From the NCBI GenBank assembly GCA_031082225.1, contig JAVHLG010000006.1, positions 16,467-80,466 of the forward strand: 64,000 nt of DNA, given 5' to 3'. Under the pieces are notes generated by a model. It saw nothing but the letters and a program-made list of their open reading frames with translations, made no database searches and had not been told where the DNA came from. This DNA comes from Desulfovibrionaceae bacterium. GTDB lineage: Bacteria; Desulfobacterota; Desulfovibrionia; Desulfovibrionales; Desulfovibrionaceae. Below are positions 62,958-64,000 of this stretch, piece by piece. Position 1 is the stretch's first letter, and each line of letters begins with the position of its first letter. The position numbers and the translations under genes are program-made.

Positions 62958-64000
62958 ATGCGCGCCTGGAAATCGTGTTGTCTGTTGCTGGTGGTCGCCC
63001 TTGTGGCCGGGTGCGCCAAAAACAAGGAGCTGGCCCATGAGATGGCGGCGCAAAACCTCTACCAGGAGGCCGCCTATGCCAACATGGACCAGCCCGGGCC
63101 CAGCGTGGTGGTGCTGCCCGGCAGGATAACCTCTTCCAGCTACGAGTTCCTGGCCCTGGTCAACCCCGACAGCCTGCGCGAATTCGGCGAGCTTGAGCTT
63201 GCCAAGGCCAATTTCACGGTTCGCGAAAAGGCCTCCCTGGCCGACATCTACCAGGAAATCGCCCTGGCTGCGAACCTCGGGGACGGTTCCGCAGCCCGGC
63301 GTTTCGCCCGGCTCGGCGTCACGCCGCCCCAGTGGTTCGTGGTGTTCGACGTGGTGGACGTCAAGACCCAGACCACGGATTTCTCCTTCACCGACAAAAA
63401 CGCCGCCGCCGTGGCCGGGGCCCTGATGGGCGGCCTGTTTCTCGGCTCGGCCGGGGCCCAGATGGGCGCAGGTCTTGTCGGCTCCGTCAACGCCGCCAAG
63501 GAGCAGCGCCGCTGGGACATCACCCTGCAGTACCGCATCCTGGACGGCGACAGCGGACAACAGATCGCCCAGGGCTCGTTCACGGAACAGGCCGTGATCA
63601 CGAGCGAACTCAATGGATTTTTGGGCATCGACGCCGGCCAGACAGGCGGAATCACCTTAAGCACCGCAGCCCGGCGGCTGATCCAAAACGCCGTTATGGA
63701 CATCGACGCCTCGCACAAGCTGCCCGCCGTGGCCGCCGCCAAGGCCACCGCCGAGACAGCCGCCGAGACGGCCGACCGGCCCAAGCCGGGCAAGGCGGCG
63801 AAGGCGGGCAGGCAGCAGGAGACGGACCTTCTGGCCGACCTGCCGCAGGCCGGGGAATCCGAACCGGAGATGGTCTGCGCCGAAAAAAGGCTGGACGCCT
63901 TCGTGTGCCAGATGCCCGTCCAGTGGTCCACGTCCTCCCCGCCGAGCGCCCTGGAGGTGGCCCTGGCCAAGAAACCGCAGCTTGGCAAGCTCATGGAGCA
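62958..64000 (+). CDS. Lipoprotein, CsgG/HfaB-like N-terminal region; continues past the right edge
   Basis: This ORF is absent from the track because it has no stop in the window. The ATG at 62958 follows GGGAGGA. The N-terminus MRAWKSCCLLLVVALVAGCAK has a lipobox. VVVLPGRI...ELELAKANFTVREKASLADIYQEIALA resembles the CsgG family. The frame stays open to base 64000. Confidence 0.5.
   Translation, partial: MRAWKSCCLLLVVALVAGCAKNKELAHEMAAQNLYQEAAYANMDQPGPSVVVLPGRITSSSYEFLALVNPDSLREFGELELAKANFTVREKASLADIYQEIALAANLGDGSAARRFARLGVTPPQWFVVFDVVDVKTQTTDFSFTDKNAAAVAGALMGGLFLGSAGAQMGAGLVGSVNAAKEQRRWDITLQYRILDGDSGQQIAQGSFTEQAVITSELNGFLGIDAGQTGGITLSTAARRLIQNAVMDIDASHKLPAVAAAKATAETAAETADRPKPGKAAKAGRQQETDLLADLPQAGESEPEMVCAEKRLDAFVCQMPVQWSTSSPPSALEVALAKKPQLGKLME

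Overview
The window splits at about 20.3 kb.

**LEFT (1-20345): end of a conjugative element.** GC is visibly lower than in the rest of the window, and every convincing gene is on the minus strand with tiny or overlapping gene junctions. This is the tRNA-proximal end of an integrative conjugative element (ICE). Reading in the direction of transcription, from 19876 down to 1, it contains:
- three small cargo genes: a Bro-N protein, a YkgJ-type Cys-cluster protein and a Cys-rich protein;
- a winged-HTH replication-initiator-like gene;
- a traK/traL/traM-like leader block;
- a Trb/VirB-type type IV secretion system, trbB-C-D-E-J-L-F-G;
- a type IVb (R64/PAPI-1-like) pilus block that follows with no break: a pilL-like fusion, then pilN-O-P-Q-R. 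pilR runs off the left edge.

The element abuts intact tRNA-Glu(CUC) and tRNA-Lys(UUU) genes. No integrase, relaxase, coupling protein or VirB10/TrbI is visible in the window.

**RIGHT (20.5-64 kb): chromosomal cell-surface polysaccharide locus.** This is high-GC DNA, Desulfovibrio-like by composition and gene content (inference only). It contains:
- three phosphoglycosyl-transferase-family genes and several GT4 glycosyltransferases;
- a MOP/MurJ-like flippase and a Wzy/O-antigen-ligase-like protein;
- Wzz/GumC-like and Wza-like export proteins, plus AsnB;
- two Asp-box beta-propeller proteins;
- an embedded signalling set: a histidine kinase, REC-HDOD, REC-PP2C, a STAS protein and a degenerate BY-kinase-like protein.

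Between the convergent glycosyltransferase and flippase genes sit two foreign cassettes. Duplicated gene ends bracket them.

The window ends with an arsR-acr3-radical SAM operon and a CsgG-like lipoprotein gene that runs off the right edge.

**Most interesting observations.**
- The Trb and type IVb pilus blocks are joined through a single TrbH::PilL fusion ORF.
- An antisense mini-lipoprotein copies the TrbJ C-terminus.
- Three 120-bp repeats carry a hairpin whose stem shows a compensatory double substitution.
- The tandem cassette structure at 42-47 kb looks like a Campbell-type insertion.

**Limits.** All functional calls rest on motif recognition by eye. No searches were run.
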